Shown here: piece by piece, positions 35,543 through 47,940 of the stretch
Layout: every line of letters starts with the position of its first letter
Position numbering within the stretch: position 1 is the first letter of the stretch
From: Antedon mediterranea
Lineage: Eukaryota; Animalia; Echinodermata
Reading direction: 5' to 3'
Length of the DNA stretch: 64,000 bases
Assembly (NCBI RefSeq): GCF_964355755.1
Contig: NC_092673.1
Coordinates: forward strand, 28,765,648-28,829,647
The notes under the pieces: model-generated
What the model was told of the DNA's origin: nothing
Databases searched by the model: none
The model's input: only the letters and a program-made list of their open reading frames with translations
Program-made: the position numbers and the translations under genes

Positions 35543-36483
35543 ATGGCAGAAGAAGCCAAAGATACTATGAACCAAAATGCATTCTATTCCGATGCCAAAG
35601 AATATTGGAAAAAAATCCCAGCCACTGTAGATGGCATGCTTGGTGGATACGGGTCAATATCCAGCAATGATATTATAGGATCTCAGAAATTTTTGAAGTT
35701 TTTTTTGCATGTAAGTAAGGTTCATTAATATCTCATTATGAATATTCAGTGAAATTGTACTAGGACTATGTTTTTAAATATATAGCGTCGGCTCTCAATA
35801 TAATAGGCTATCGTTTAAGCGATGATTGTGCTTTTCAAGGAATTGTCGAAAACTTTGCGTTGATAACTATCATTTCTGGTATTAATAATAGTACAGTATA
35901 AATATTTCTGATATGTCTCTAGACCTATAATCCATACATTATTTATGTTATAATTTTTTTCTTTTTTTAGGCACCATGGGCGCAGAGACTGCAGAACAGA
36001 AAGGCATTGGACTGTGGTGCAGGCATTGGCAGAGTTTCAAAACACCTACTTTTACCAATTTTTCAGTCAGTTGATTTACTAGAGCAAGAAAAATCATTTT
36101 TGGACGAAGCTAAAACATATCTCGGTGATACAGCTGATCGAGTTGGGAAATATATTCACAAAGGACTTCAAGATTTTACGCCATCCTCTGCCGAATATGA
36201 CCTTATTTGGTGCCAGTGGGTTTTAGGCCACCTGTCAGATGACCACCTGGTTTCTTTTCTTAAAAGATGCAAAGAGGGGCTAATGGATAATGGGCTAATT
36301 TGCATAAAGGAGAATATTGCTAAAGATGGTGTCATCTTTGATGATCAAGATAGCTCTTTTACTCGCTCTTATAATGAGATGCAGAAAATATTCAAATTAG
36401 CTGATGTCACAGTTGTCAAGGAGTACACACAGAGAAATTTTCCTTTAGAACTTTACACGGTTAAAATGATTGCATTGAGATAA
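35543..36483 (+). CDS. NTMT1: N-terminal Xaa-Pro-Lys N-methyltransferase 1-like. Exons 35543-35710, 35971-36483
   Basis: FYSDAKEYWKKIPATVDGMLGGYG, ALDCGAGIGRVSK (SAM motif I), YDLIWCQWVLGHL and IKEN motifs; phase-0 GT-AG intron. Confidence 0.95.
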
Positions 36484-37588
36484 GTAATATACAGTACATG
36501 AAACATTAAACAATACCACTGACTTGTTACCAAAATCTGACCCACTTTACTCTGGCCCCAGGTATATGTCTAGTTCCCCAAAAAATATCAAAGTGCTTTT
36601 TGGTGCTTTAATTATATTTTTATCTATATTTATAAATTCATTAATCAAACGTTATTGTTATTGAATGTGATGTACAGTACATCAGATTCATGTTTTTAAA
36701 ATTGCGTAATGATAATAATGGGCTGAAAACCACATCATTACTTTTTTTAAAGCAGGGAAATTTAGCTTCAGTAAACAGTATTTTAAGCACTTTTAAGTTT
36801 TACAAACTAGAGGCTACTATAAATTATTATACTATATTTTTCAGTACTTTACTAAACATATTTATTAGATAATTGAAAGTCTATTTTAAGAACAGTATTG
36901 TATAGTATAATTATTCAATATCTTTCAGAATCTTTGGTTTTGATGTCTTGGCGACAGCCTCGCTTGTTGAATCACATTTAGTATGTTCCAATCACAGTAA
37001 ATTAAGTGCCTTATTATGTAATAAAGAATGTTTTATTACAATATTTCATTCTAGTTTCAGTATTGTTTATGTTGCTGCCCGTCTCTCATCATGGTTTTAA
37101 TTTTTGTCTGGTGATTTCAGCTAAAATATTTTGCATACCAAAAACGTTTTATTTCACTCTAGAACCAAGACTAATTGTTTGACAGACAAACTGTAACTTT
37201 CAGATGTCATATTGTGTGTCGTTAATTATTCAGTCAAAAGTCTATTTTGAATTTGAGATGTGGGAAAATCAAGTTCTAGCACGAACTACACGTTGGAATT
37301 TTTTAGTAGAACTAATGCAAGATATATTCCCTGAATGATCGTCAAATCAAAACAGTACTACATTATTAGGACTCATGCCACCAATAATTAGTTATCCAAT
37401 CGAGCTATAAATAGCTCCATGGTTATCCATTCATAAAAATTACTAAAGAAGTCAATCTGTGGTGACTTTAGAATGTACCACCTGAAGCCATACAACAATA
37501 CTCTAAAACAAAAACTACGAAAAACAAGTTTTTTCACAATTTTTTTTTATTACTTTGACATTACTATCTTACAAAGAGAAGTTGGTAT

Positions 37589-39032
37589 TTACGCTTTTAG
37601 AGCAAATTTCCTCATAGGGTACAATCGTTCCTTTCTAATTTGTTTACGTGTTTTTCTTGCCAACTCGCTCTTTGTGAGTGCACGACGGATGGCACGGGTC
37701 TTCTTTGGGCGAATGTCCAAAGGCTTATATTTCTTGCCTTTGTAGAATTTGCGAAGATTTTCTTTTTGTGATTGGTTATAAACAGTCAAGCACCTTGCAA
37801 TACTTTTCCTCACAACACGGCTAAACAAAAGACAATTTATAAAGTTTTAATTAATTGTTGTACATATAAAACATTGTGGATAGTTCTTTTAACATTATTA
37901 CAATATATGCATACAGTAATCAGTATAAATTTCTTACAAGAAGGAAAATATAAATAGATTTAACTACTGTATCAATATTCCTGGTGTAACATTAATTTTT
38001 TTTTTGGTCAGTCAGCCTGAAAAATTTAGCGCAATATTGCACAACCTACAAAAACAAACCAAAATCTTACATTTTAGAAAGTTTGTTGGCTTGGCCCCCG
38101 GTCACCTTGGCAACTCTAAGTTGAGCAAGTTCTTGCCGCAGCTTGCTGAGTTGTTCCTCAAGTTCTTCCCTTCTCTTTCCACGCAACTCATGGGCTTTTA
38201 TCTTCGCCTGAAAGAAACATTATATTTATCATAAATATTTAAGATATAGTAGCATGGTAAATTTACATGTTTAAACGTAAATTTAATAGAAAATAATTGT
38301 AGTTGAGAATTGAACCTAATGAACTGAGATAGGTGGTCATTTACAAATAATTAATACATCAATGATCAATGTCTGTTTACCACAAAAGGACAGTCATTGT
38401 GCGTCATTAATCTTTTCTTTAAAAAAGATCTGTCACTAATTTTAAAATGGGTTTACGTGACAACAATGATGCACCCCGGGTGCATCATTGTTGTCACGTT
38501 GTCACGTAAAGGCAAGTCACCTTTTTTATGCAGGGATGCATCATGGTGTACATAATATTTTCATACATTGGATACTATCAAATCATTGACATTACATTCA
38601 TTAGGATTATTGTCATTATTTTTATTGAAATGTTCAGATCAATTATGAATATGAATGAATGATGGTAGAATACCTTACTGTACACACAAAAACTTAAAAG
38701 CTTATTAACGGCATCCGATATTCGCCTAACATCATATTCCAGCACAAATTGCATTACTTATCTAATTTACGTGTAGATTTTTTTAGCTAGGCCTAGCCTA
38801 CTCATTAATATTAACTCGACACACAGGGCCAAACAAGCATAGCCGACTGCAGTCGGGTCAAAGTAGCCACTTCAATCAACGGAAAGAATTCCACTGACAG
38901 AGCAAAATATATTTACTAATTTTAACGAAGCCGTAATCTCATATTAATATTGTATAATTATGTGTATAATATAGCTATTGATTGTATTTGTTTAACTAAA
39001 TAATACTAGATTTTATTTCATAGTCATACCAT
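37589..39032 (-). CDS. RPL35: 60S ribosomal protein L35 (uL29). Exons 39030-39032 (ATG only), 38071-38207, 37589-37820
   Basis: [12 protein letters not shown]...[53 protein letters not shown]...[10 protein letters not shown]. Confidence 0.97.
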
Positions 39033-39241
39033 TCTGCTGTTGGCCGAAAGTCCAAAATAAAAAAGGCCTCAAAGCAGGATGGGATACACGGAAGTTAACT
39101 TGTTGACCTTCAGAGAGGTCACGATATATCGGGTGTGAAAAAAATATCAGGAAGTACTGTGTGCAGGAGCTGAGTTGCAGTGTATTTGTATGCAGTTTAT
39201 TTGTAGTTTTGTTAGGAAAATTCTGAAATAAAGGTACCAAA
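39033..39241. promoter_or_regulatory. Bidirectional promoter/5' UTR region between RPL35 and ARPC5, with a TOP/TCT-like polypyrimidine tract on the minus strand (~39067-39054)
   Basis: The start codons are only 209 bp apart. GGCCTTTTTTATTTT lies upstream of the RPL35 ATG, and an ETS-like CGGAAGT occurs at ~39089. Confidence 0.65.
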
Positions 39242-40770
39242 ATGTCGAAGAATACTGGAAGTTCTATGTTTAGGAAAGTTGACGTGGATGAATTTGATGA
39301 AAATAAATTTCAAGACGACCAAGTTGAGGGACAGGACTCCAGTGGACCAGATGAATCAGAAATTCAAAGATTACTAAACAAATATCCTTTATTTTGTATG
39401 CATAAAAAGCTAGGTTTAGTTATATTTTCAAATGCTTTATCTAGGCCTATCTGTTTTGTGACATTCTATATTACTTAGTTAACACAATAAACCTCAAATA
39501 TCTGCCTCTGAATGAATGATTTTATTGAAGTATGAAATAGAAATAGACAAAATATTTGATAGATGTCAGATGATGATTTGATAAAAGGTGAAGATGATAG
39601 TTACCTTGTTGTTATTTCTTTAACCAAAGAATACTAAGCAAAGTATAGAAGCATTACAAGCTGTATTGAAGAACCCACCTCTCAACACTAAAAATCAAGC
39701 CGTTAAGGTATATATGATTATAATATACCATCAACGTTATCATTATCATCAGATTTATCATCAACAGCATTGAGACATTACCCATCAACAAATCCATCAA
39801 CCATTAATATCAATCATCATCCTCATCATGAGCACTGTTATTTTTATCTTTTTATATATTTTATATTTATCACCGCCATTATATATTTAATCAGTCACAT
39901 CGTACAGCATTACTATTTATTAATTAACACAATTACGAGTAGGCCTATTACGAGTAGAAACTTCAAAATATTCGCCTGATTGTTGATTCAGCCATTTTTT
40001 ATTTACAGGATAAAACATTTTCGCTTGTCGTCCGAGTTCTGTCCTCGTTTAAAACGTCAGATATTGATTCAGGAATAAATGCACTAGACGACGATTCAAA
40101 AGACGTTTTAATGAAGTATATCTACAGAGGGTTTGCTGAGCCTAGTGAAAATACCTGTGGAATACTTCTATCGTGGCATGAAAAAGTGAGTGCCCTTTGC
40201 TGTCTGGAGTCATGTCAGATGCTTGTTTTGATTTAAAGTAGCAATTTAAATTATAAACAATTTAATTGTGATTCCAAATGCTTTTTCCTAAAGTGCCCTT
40301 TCATTTTCAAACTAGCGACCAGCAGTAAGTGAACGTAGTGAATAGTCAATCATACGTATGTACGAACCGCATCTGGGTCTTTTAAACCTGAAAGTACTAA
40401 AGCTTTGTATACACTTTATCAAAGTTATGTGACAAAAAAATGTGATGTGTCCATATATGGATATAATGATGTTATATCATTGTCATATTTGAGCATATCA
40501 CTACCGTATTTGGGCACATCATACTTTTTTTGTCGAACTAGTTTGATAGTGTAGACAGAGATTAACATGTATTATTAATAGTCTGTCAAAACTAGATATC
40601 GAAAAGTTGTTTATAATGCCATTTTAGCTGTCATAAGGTGAGTGCAACCCAAGCACTGACCCAACCTGACCAGGCTTAATACTACATTTTGTTTGATATT
40701 TTTTCAGGTTGTGGCGGTTGGAGAACTTGGTATCATTATCCGATGTCTTACTGACAGGAAATCTGTTTGA
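39242..40770 (+). CDS. ARPC5: Arp2/3 complex subunit 5 (p16), conserved paralogue. Exons 39242-39381, 39635-39707, 40009-40185, 40708-40770
   Basis: [74 protein letters not shown]. Confidence 0.95.
39382..39634 (+). other. U12-type AT-AC intron (ARPC5 paralogue 1, intron 1)
   Basis: ATATCCTTT donor, TCTTTAAC branch, ATAC| acceptor, and an in-frame phase-2 join. Confidence 0.92.
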
Positions 40771-42299
40771 AGGAAATAGCATTAACAACAGATAGATAGC
40801 CACAGTCATAGAATATGAAAATGAATAGAACAAAATATTTTTCTACACATGCTGTAATAGCAGTCATAGGGAGTTTTCAACTTAAAATTTAACGGGGGTG
40901 TGCCTTGCATAATACAAAAACCCAACTTCTTCTTTGTATGCGTTGTCGGCCTAATATTGAATTAAATGACATGTTCCTTTCTATTCTGTCATGTCAAAGG
41001 TCATCTTGTTTTTTTTATTTCCTGGGTTTAGCTGGCTCAATCCATCTTTCCAACTTATGCAAATGATTTTGTCTTAATTGCAAATTATGTAAATATTATG
41101 TTACTTAATTTGCATATATTATACAGTAGGTCATTGCAAGTTAAAAACTTTCTATTCAAAAATATTTTCATTAAAAGAACATTTTTGTCATCAATTTTAT
41201 CTCGTATATTACAAATTTATTATAAAGTTATCGTTAAAACTTATAGTTTATCTATATCAGTTATGATTAGCATGACAAATTTATTGCTTATATATTTTTG
41301 TAATGTCATAATTTCCAGTAAGTTAGAATATAATTTATACTACAAAAATGATACATAAAATGGGAATATTATATTAGTACTATATTGAGATTAAATGATG
41401 TATATTGGAATATTTTGGCTGTGATGTTAATTACATACATGGAATATTCAAAAGAGATGTTATGACTATTCATAAGAGATACTTGTGAATATTCAAAAGA
41501 GATGTTATGAATATTCATAAGAGATAATTGTGAATATTCATAAGAGATTTTGTGAATATTATGCATAAGAGATGTTATGAATAATTCATTGCTGTCAGCA
41601 GTGGACAGTTTGTGGCAACAATGTTGTGAATTTTCCCATTTTTAAATATTCTATTGTCTTTAATGATTCAATATTATAATTTATTTTTTAAATTTTTTTT
41701 TCAATATTATTGATTATTCTGTACTGGATTTCAAATCACAGAAATGTATTTCTGTTGTTTATCTTTCAATAGTCAAAATACCATTGTCGGAAAATTTTTT
41801 TTTTCCAATTAAATTGTTATGTGTAGCAGCAGCAACAGAGTGAGGATTCTTTTACAACCAATCACTGATGAATACTTTTAAATCCAGGGTAGAATATTTA
41901 TAGTTTTCAGTTATTTTTAATATTTATTTTTTAACAGTTAATATTTATACTTTAGTTATTGCATTGCAAACAATAAGTTTGTATAACTTTTCAGTGTAAA
42001 ATACGATTTTAGAGTATTGCCAGAAACCAGTTACTTCATGCCATAAACTTTAAATATCTTTTCTATTAAAATGATTTTCTATGCCATCTGCAATTTTGTT
42101 TTCTTGTAAAAGTAAATAAAATCGTCTTCGTGTTTTGATTTCTGTTCTATTCTATTCTGTATTATTTTTTATTTTGGTATATTTGATTTTTAGTGCCCAA
42201 ATTTGGTAGTGATGTGCCCAAATATGGTAGTGATATGCCCAAATATGGTAGTGACATGATGTCATTTTGTTGTCACATAAAGTTTGATAGTGTAAACAG

Positions 42300-42842
42300 A
42301 TCTTTAGTTTTCACTTGGACGCAACGCAAGGACGACGTAAGCGTACCGCGCAAGTGAAGCGTGGTTCCCACTAGCGACGCAACGCAAGGACGTAACGCAA
42401 CGCAAGTGAATTGACCAATCACAAGCGATGGCTTATTCGCTTGTGATTGCTCAAGCTTGGTTCCCACTAGAACGCAACGCAAGGACGTAACGCAACGCAA
42501 GTGAATTGACCAATCACAAGCGATGGCTTATTCGCTTTTGATCGCTAACTGTCTATAACTTCGCTTGTCATTGGTTAAAACGCTTGCGTTGCGTTTACGT
42601 CCTTGCGTTACGTTCTAGTGGGAACCAAGCTTGACTGTATAACTTCGCTTGTGATTGGTTAAAACGCTTGCGTTGCGTTTACGTCCTTGTTTTAAGCTTG
42701 GTTCCCACTACTAGGACGTAACGCAACGTAAGTAATTTAACCAATCACAAGCGATGGATTAACCGAATTTTCGCTTGTGATTGGTCAACTCCCTTGCGTT
42801 GCGCTTACGCCCTTGCGTTGCGTCCTAGTGGGAACCAAGCTT
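42300..42842. mobile_element. Cluster of nested and adjacent MITE family A copies. Further dispersed copies at 1-41, ~13887-14026, ~17570, ~20080-20270, ~56474-56624
   Basis: Repeated AGC(T/G)TGGTTCCCACTAG TIRs; the copy starting at ~42358 is interrupted by the intact copy at ~42454-42631. Confidence 0.85.
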
Positions 42843-43151
42843 TCGTTGTATCACACACGACGCGATGGATCATCCATTATACATTTATGAAAAATTAACA
42901 AATGCTTTTAATAGATTAATTAACAAATCTTTCCGTTACCAAAATCATTAGACAAATTTAATGACAAGCAAGTTTGATAAATCCGGGTGCACAACTATTG
43001 CGGTTCAAGCACCCACTTTATTATCGCGAATAAAACAAATATATAAATATAAACAATATCTAAGTACGTTTCAAAGTCCAGGTTAAAATGCACTGACTCA
43101 ACCATCACCCTGAAGAAAAAACTGGGTTTATTTCTGAAAACATTGTGAACA

Positions 43152-45494
43152 ATGTCGAAGACAACAGGTAACCGCCGCTTCAGAACAGTCAACATAGATG
43201 AGTTAGATGAAAATGCTTTTAAAGATGTTGTCGAAGATAATGTATCCAGCGGACCAGACAGGGCCCAGGTGACAACTCTCTTGAGAGAATATCCTTTGAT
43301 TTGCCGATTTTCGGTGCTAATTTCAGAAAATTCAATATAATAGGCAAATTCTATGATACAGACGTCTGAGATGTGTTATCTAGATCAAAACATATAATCT
43401 CGCCCGATTCTCAGTGCTGTATACTATACATACTATTTCGAACTCAATGGAATATTTGGTATTATACAGCATTTATATCACATGTGGTGCCTGTATCACA
43501 TAAGGTTTGGTTACTTCTAGATACATATGTGATGTTGTATAATAAATACCTAATATTCCTATGATACTTCGGAAATAGATACAGTACTATCGGCTTGTTT
43601 GCAAACTCGGAGTTTTTCAAGCAATGTTTTCCAAATGTGTAGACCAGTTGACAAACTTCGACAAACTGCAGAAGTCAAGTTTGCATATATTATTTGCATA
43701 CCTGATTCTGTAAAGTTTAATAGTGTATATACTTTTTACACTCATTAAAATTGACTTGACTTACAATATACAGGAAAGAAGCAAGAAGCACTACACGCCG
43801 TTCTTCAGAACCCACCCTATGGATCGACAGATGACAAACTACGTGTAAGTCATCAACGTCTTTCTCCATATCCACTCATCATCGTCGCCATCATTATCAT
43901 CATCATCATCATCATCATCAAAAACATCATTGTCAACATCATCACCATCATCTGACATCATTATCAACATCATCATCATCATCGTCACCATCATCGTCAT
44001 CATCATTATCATCTGACATCATAATCATCATCTAACATATTCATCATCATCATCATCATCTCCATCATTACCATCTTCATCATGATTATCAGATTCTTAT
44101 CATCATCATAATATGCTGTGTTGTACGAAGATTGGCCACCCTGGCTTTCCAACTAGTAATTCGCTTCTTAATGTCAGAATTTTCTTGATTTCATCAACTC
44201 CATTTTGATTCTCTGTCTTCGTCTCTCGTGCTCTATTGTGCCTTAAGTATATTTGCCATAACCGTTAATAATTGTGTCCATTCTGACTAGTTTGGTCTAT
44301 ATTATATTACTCATCATCTCGTATAAAATAACTATTTAATTCTCCTGAATATTATAATTAAACTTGACGATTTTATTTCAAATGCAGAACATGTGCTCGT
44401 CTTTAGTGACACAGGTATTGACCTCTTTCAAATCGACTGAGATGGATAAAGCCATTCAATCTTTGGATGAGGAAGACTTAGATGCTTTAATGCAGTATAT
44501 CTATAAAGGGTTTAATGAGCCTTCCAGTCAATCATGTGCTGTGTTATTAGCATGGCATCAGAAGGTATGTATTTCACGTGCATATCATGTTCTTCCATGT
44601 AATATAAAGCTCTGTCTACACTATCAAACTCTATGTGAAAAAGAGATGCCCATGTATGGATTTGATGATATCACTACCATATTTGGGCACATCAAACTTT
44701 TTGTCAAACAAGTTTGATAGTGTATCGATCGAACAGATACTGAAGTATACACTGGTTCGCGCTATGGCCGAATATTGACAAGATAACGGCGATGATATTT
44801 GTAGATTTGTCTTTTTCACAGAATAAGTCGTGTTCAACAAACCTATTATTTTCATTAGTTAGGCCTATACAACAACGATAATGGTGTGGTGATAGACAAA
44901 TGATATATACCTCAAAGACGTGACAAATGTAAAAAACTTGGTAGATTGCATTACATCAAAGTGACGTCTTTAATTTCCTAATCTAACATCAATTTCATAA
45001 TAATAAAACAATAGTTATTGCTTGCTATTGTACAATTTCCATTCAAGATCATTTTTATTTTCAAAATGCAATCTCGTAAAATCTTTTTTTATATATAATA
45101 GAAGAATTGTGACAAAATAAAATTCTTATTTTGAAATACAATCATCATTATCGTCATCATCAGCTGCGACATATAATGCTTTCCTATGGGCAGGATGGTT
45201 TTGTATTTTCAAAATGCAATCCCATAAAAGCTTTTTTTATATGATAAAAGAATTATGAAAATATAATTGGAAAATATGGCAATTATGTAACAGTATTATA
45301 CTGTATATTGTACCCGAAAATGGTGTACAATTTGTATTATTACACTGTGCATACTTTGAACGATTTACAGAGTACTCTATGCCTTATTATAAAGTTTGAT
45401 AAAAACAACTAGTTTTTGTTTTCAACTGCAGGTTCACATCATTAGCGGCAACGGTTGCATTAGTAGAGCCCTAACAACGAGGAGACCACTCTGA
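43152..45494 (+). CDS. Second, divergent Arp2/3 complex subunit 5 paralogue. Exons 43152-43288, 43772-43844, 44388-44564, 45432-45494
   Basis: [65 protein letters not shown]. Exons 2-4 have the same lengths (73/177/63) as in paralogue 1, and there are no internal stops. Confidence 0.9.
43289..43771 (+). other. U12-type AT-AC intron (ARPC5 paralogue 2, intron 1)
   Basis: ATATCCTTT donor, GACTTGAC branch-like site, TATAC| acceptor, and an in-frame join. Confidence 0.88.
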
Positions 45495-46581
45495 GCACTC
45501 TTTCACGGCATCTGGAACTGTCCATTCTACCGAAGGAAAATAGGCCTAGCTCATTTAATTTACATTTATTGACAAAAAAGAACTTTAGCACAAGATAATA
45601 AACATTCATTTATCACACAAAATGTAATTTAAAATATTTCATTTCAATAAAGATATACATTTATTCGTTAACACTATAACCTTACATACAAGTGTTTTAA
45701 GTGTATTATATTGTGAAGGCCTATACATAATTATGATTACAATTTGTGTACTGTTTTTCTGTTTGTACTGATCTATATTATCTCGTAAAGCTTTAGAAAA
45801 TCAGACAATATTTGTTGATTTTAATTTTCTGTCTACACTATCAAACCTTACGTGACAAAAACATGTGTTGTGCCCATGGACATGATGATGTCATATCACT
45901 ACCATTCATGCATATCACTACCATATTTGGACACACTTTTTTTGTCAAACTAGTTTGATAGTGTAGACAGAGCTTAAGATTCCTTCAATATCTTGAATAA
46001 ATTCACAAAACACTAATTTAATTTTTCTAATCAAACAAACAATTATTCTTATTTTGAAATACAATCGTCATCATCAATTGCGACATATGATGTTTTGCTA
46101 TGAGCAGGATGGTTTTGTGTTAGTCTATATAACTTAAAATAACTTATTATAACGAAAAATAGATACTAAAACTCCGTTGAAATTATTTTCATGCCTATTC
46201 TGACACTTTCTACAACTTTTTTTATCCTATTTACATTTTGATTCAGAAGCGATAAACATTAAAGATGTATTGTCCCCCTAAAAAAATGTGTACAATTTTT
46301 GTTGTTGAATATGCAATTTCAATGTCACATAATACTTAATAGTTATCCACCTTGACCAAAAATTGGATCTAGTATAAAATGGTCAAATTGGCTGCCAGCC
46401 ACTGGATTTTTGGTTGAATTTATTATTATTTTATAAGTGAAAACATTATTTTTCTGTGGAAGTGATTAACTTGATTAAAACTACAAAATAACCTATTAAA
46501 AGTCTGATTTAATTAATCTTCATTTTTCTTTTTGGGGACAATACATCTTTACTGGAAATAAGGATGTTAGATTTTCGTAAT

Positions 46582-47614
46582 CTATGGCATTATATAGAAA
46601 TTACACCCACGCTGTTGTCTAATATACGTTGGTAAATCTTGCAATGTCCAAGTGGTTGTATTGTAAAGAAAGCAGTCAACATTTTCAGAAAATGCACGAT
46701 CAAACCCAAATGCACTACAGCCTGAACTAAGGCTGACCATTAGACAAGCCTTTCCACACCGAGTGCTACTGCCGACTTGTAGTTCAAAATCAGAGCCATT
46801 TGTTTGAGTTAAGCACCTGCCAATAATCTTCCGAAAAGTTGCATAGTAGATTACTAGAATTCAAATAAAGCAATGAGACACATGAAACTATAACACAGCT
46901 TCGACGCACGTCGCGTTCAAATGCTGATGATGATACACGCGGGTTTGGCACGCGCGCGCGACGTTATGTATTCTGGATGTGATGCTGTTACTGACCAAAT
47001 TTAAAGATTATTTATAAAATACTATAGTAATTGGATAATTCCAATTCTTCGCTTTGGACCCGGTCTTTACAATATAATGTGCGTTATCATCATTTATACT
47101 TAAGTTTGGTTCCCACTAGAACGAAATGCAACGTAACGCAGCGACGCATCGACGCAAAGTGCTGTATTGCGTAATCACAAGTGGGAACCGACGGCGCAAC
47201 ATTGCTGAAAACATCGCTACGGGAAATCAAATCAAATTGATTTTACTCAACAACGAAAGACAAAAGAACCATGGAAAACAATGATTGGATGGTCATTTCA
47301 TACGTTGCGTCGGTTGTTGCGTTACGTTGCGTTGCAAGTGGGAACCAAGCTTTATAGAGCTTGGGAGGTATAGGCACATATAACCAAGAATACTCAGTAC
47401 CTACCTGGAGGTGGTAAAGTAGGTGGCGGGGTTGTGGTTGGTGGGAGGGTAGTTGGGCATATATGCATTTGATCCTGGCAGTTAGGACACAAGCAGTGGC
47501 CATCAGTGATACCGCACCATCCCCATTCTGAACAGCACATGCACGGACAAATAGCAACTTCACCGTTTGGCGCAAGCCAGTCTCCTCCACATCGGACATC
47601 ATCGCGATAATTTG
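46582..47614 (-). CDS. Partial gene: hevein-like (chitin-binding type 1) Cys-rich domain + Pro/Thr linker (exon 47405-47614) and PAN/Apple-like domain (terminal exon 46582-46853); first coding exon not located
   Basis: RDDVRCGGDWLAPNGEVAICPCMCCSEWGWCGITDGHCLCPNC then PTTLPPTTTPPPTLPPP. A phase-1 splice leads to VIYYATFRKIIGRCL...STRCGKACL...GCSAFGFD...DCFLY...GCNFYIMP*. Confidence 0.8.
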
Positions 47615-47689
47615 CTAGAGAATATTTAAACAAAAACACATTAAATAATAATACTATTTAAATATATCAATAGTTTGCAATCTGCTTTC

Positions 47690-47940
47690 TTTATGTACAA
47701 ATACGAAAATAATAAACTCCCAAAATCATTTAATAACTACTTTATGAAACATAGTCAACTACATAGTTATAATACACGCAATGCAAATGATTATCTTTTA
47801 CCTAAAATGTACAAACAATGTGATCAAGGACTCTATTAAATACCAAGGAGCTAAATTATGGAATTCAATCCATGTAGATATTAAAAATGCCATGTACAAC
47901 TTCTAAATTTAAATTAGTATACTAAGAACTATTTACTTTC
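47690..47940 (+). mobile_element. 3' fragment of a non-LTR retrotransposon ORF2 (CR1/L2-like), degenerate
   Basis: Translates, with a frameshift, to HSYNTRNANDYLLPK..IKYQGAKLWNSI..DIKNA, a typical LINE ORF2 C-terminus. Confidence 0.65.

Noticed and set aside
38208-39029. Intronic snoRNA in RPL35 intron 1
   Set aside because: No convincing C/D or H/ACA box arrangement was found by eye on the sense strand.
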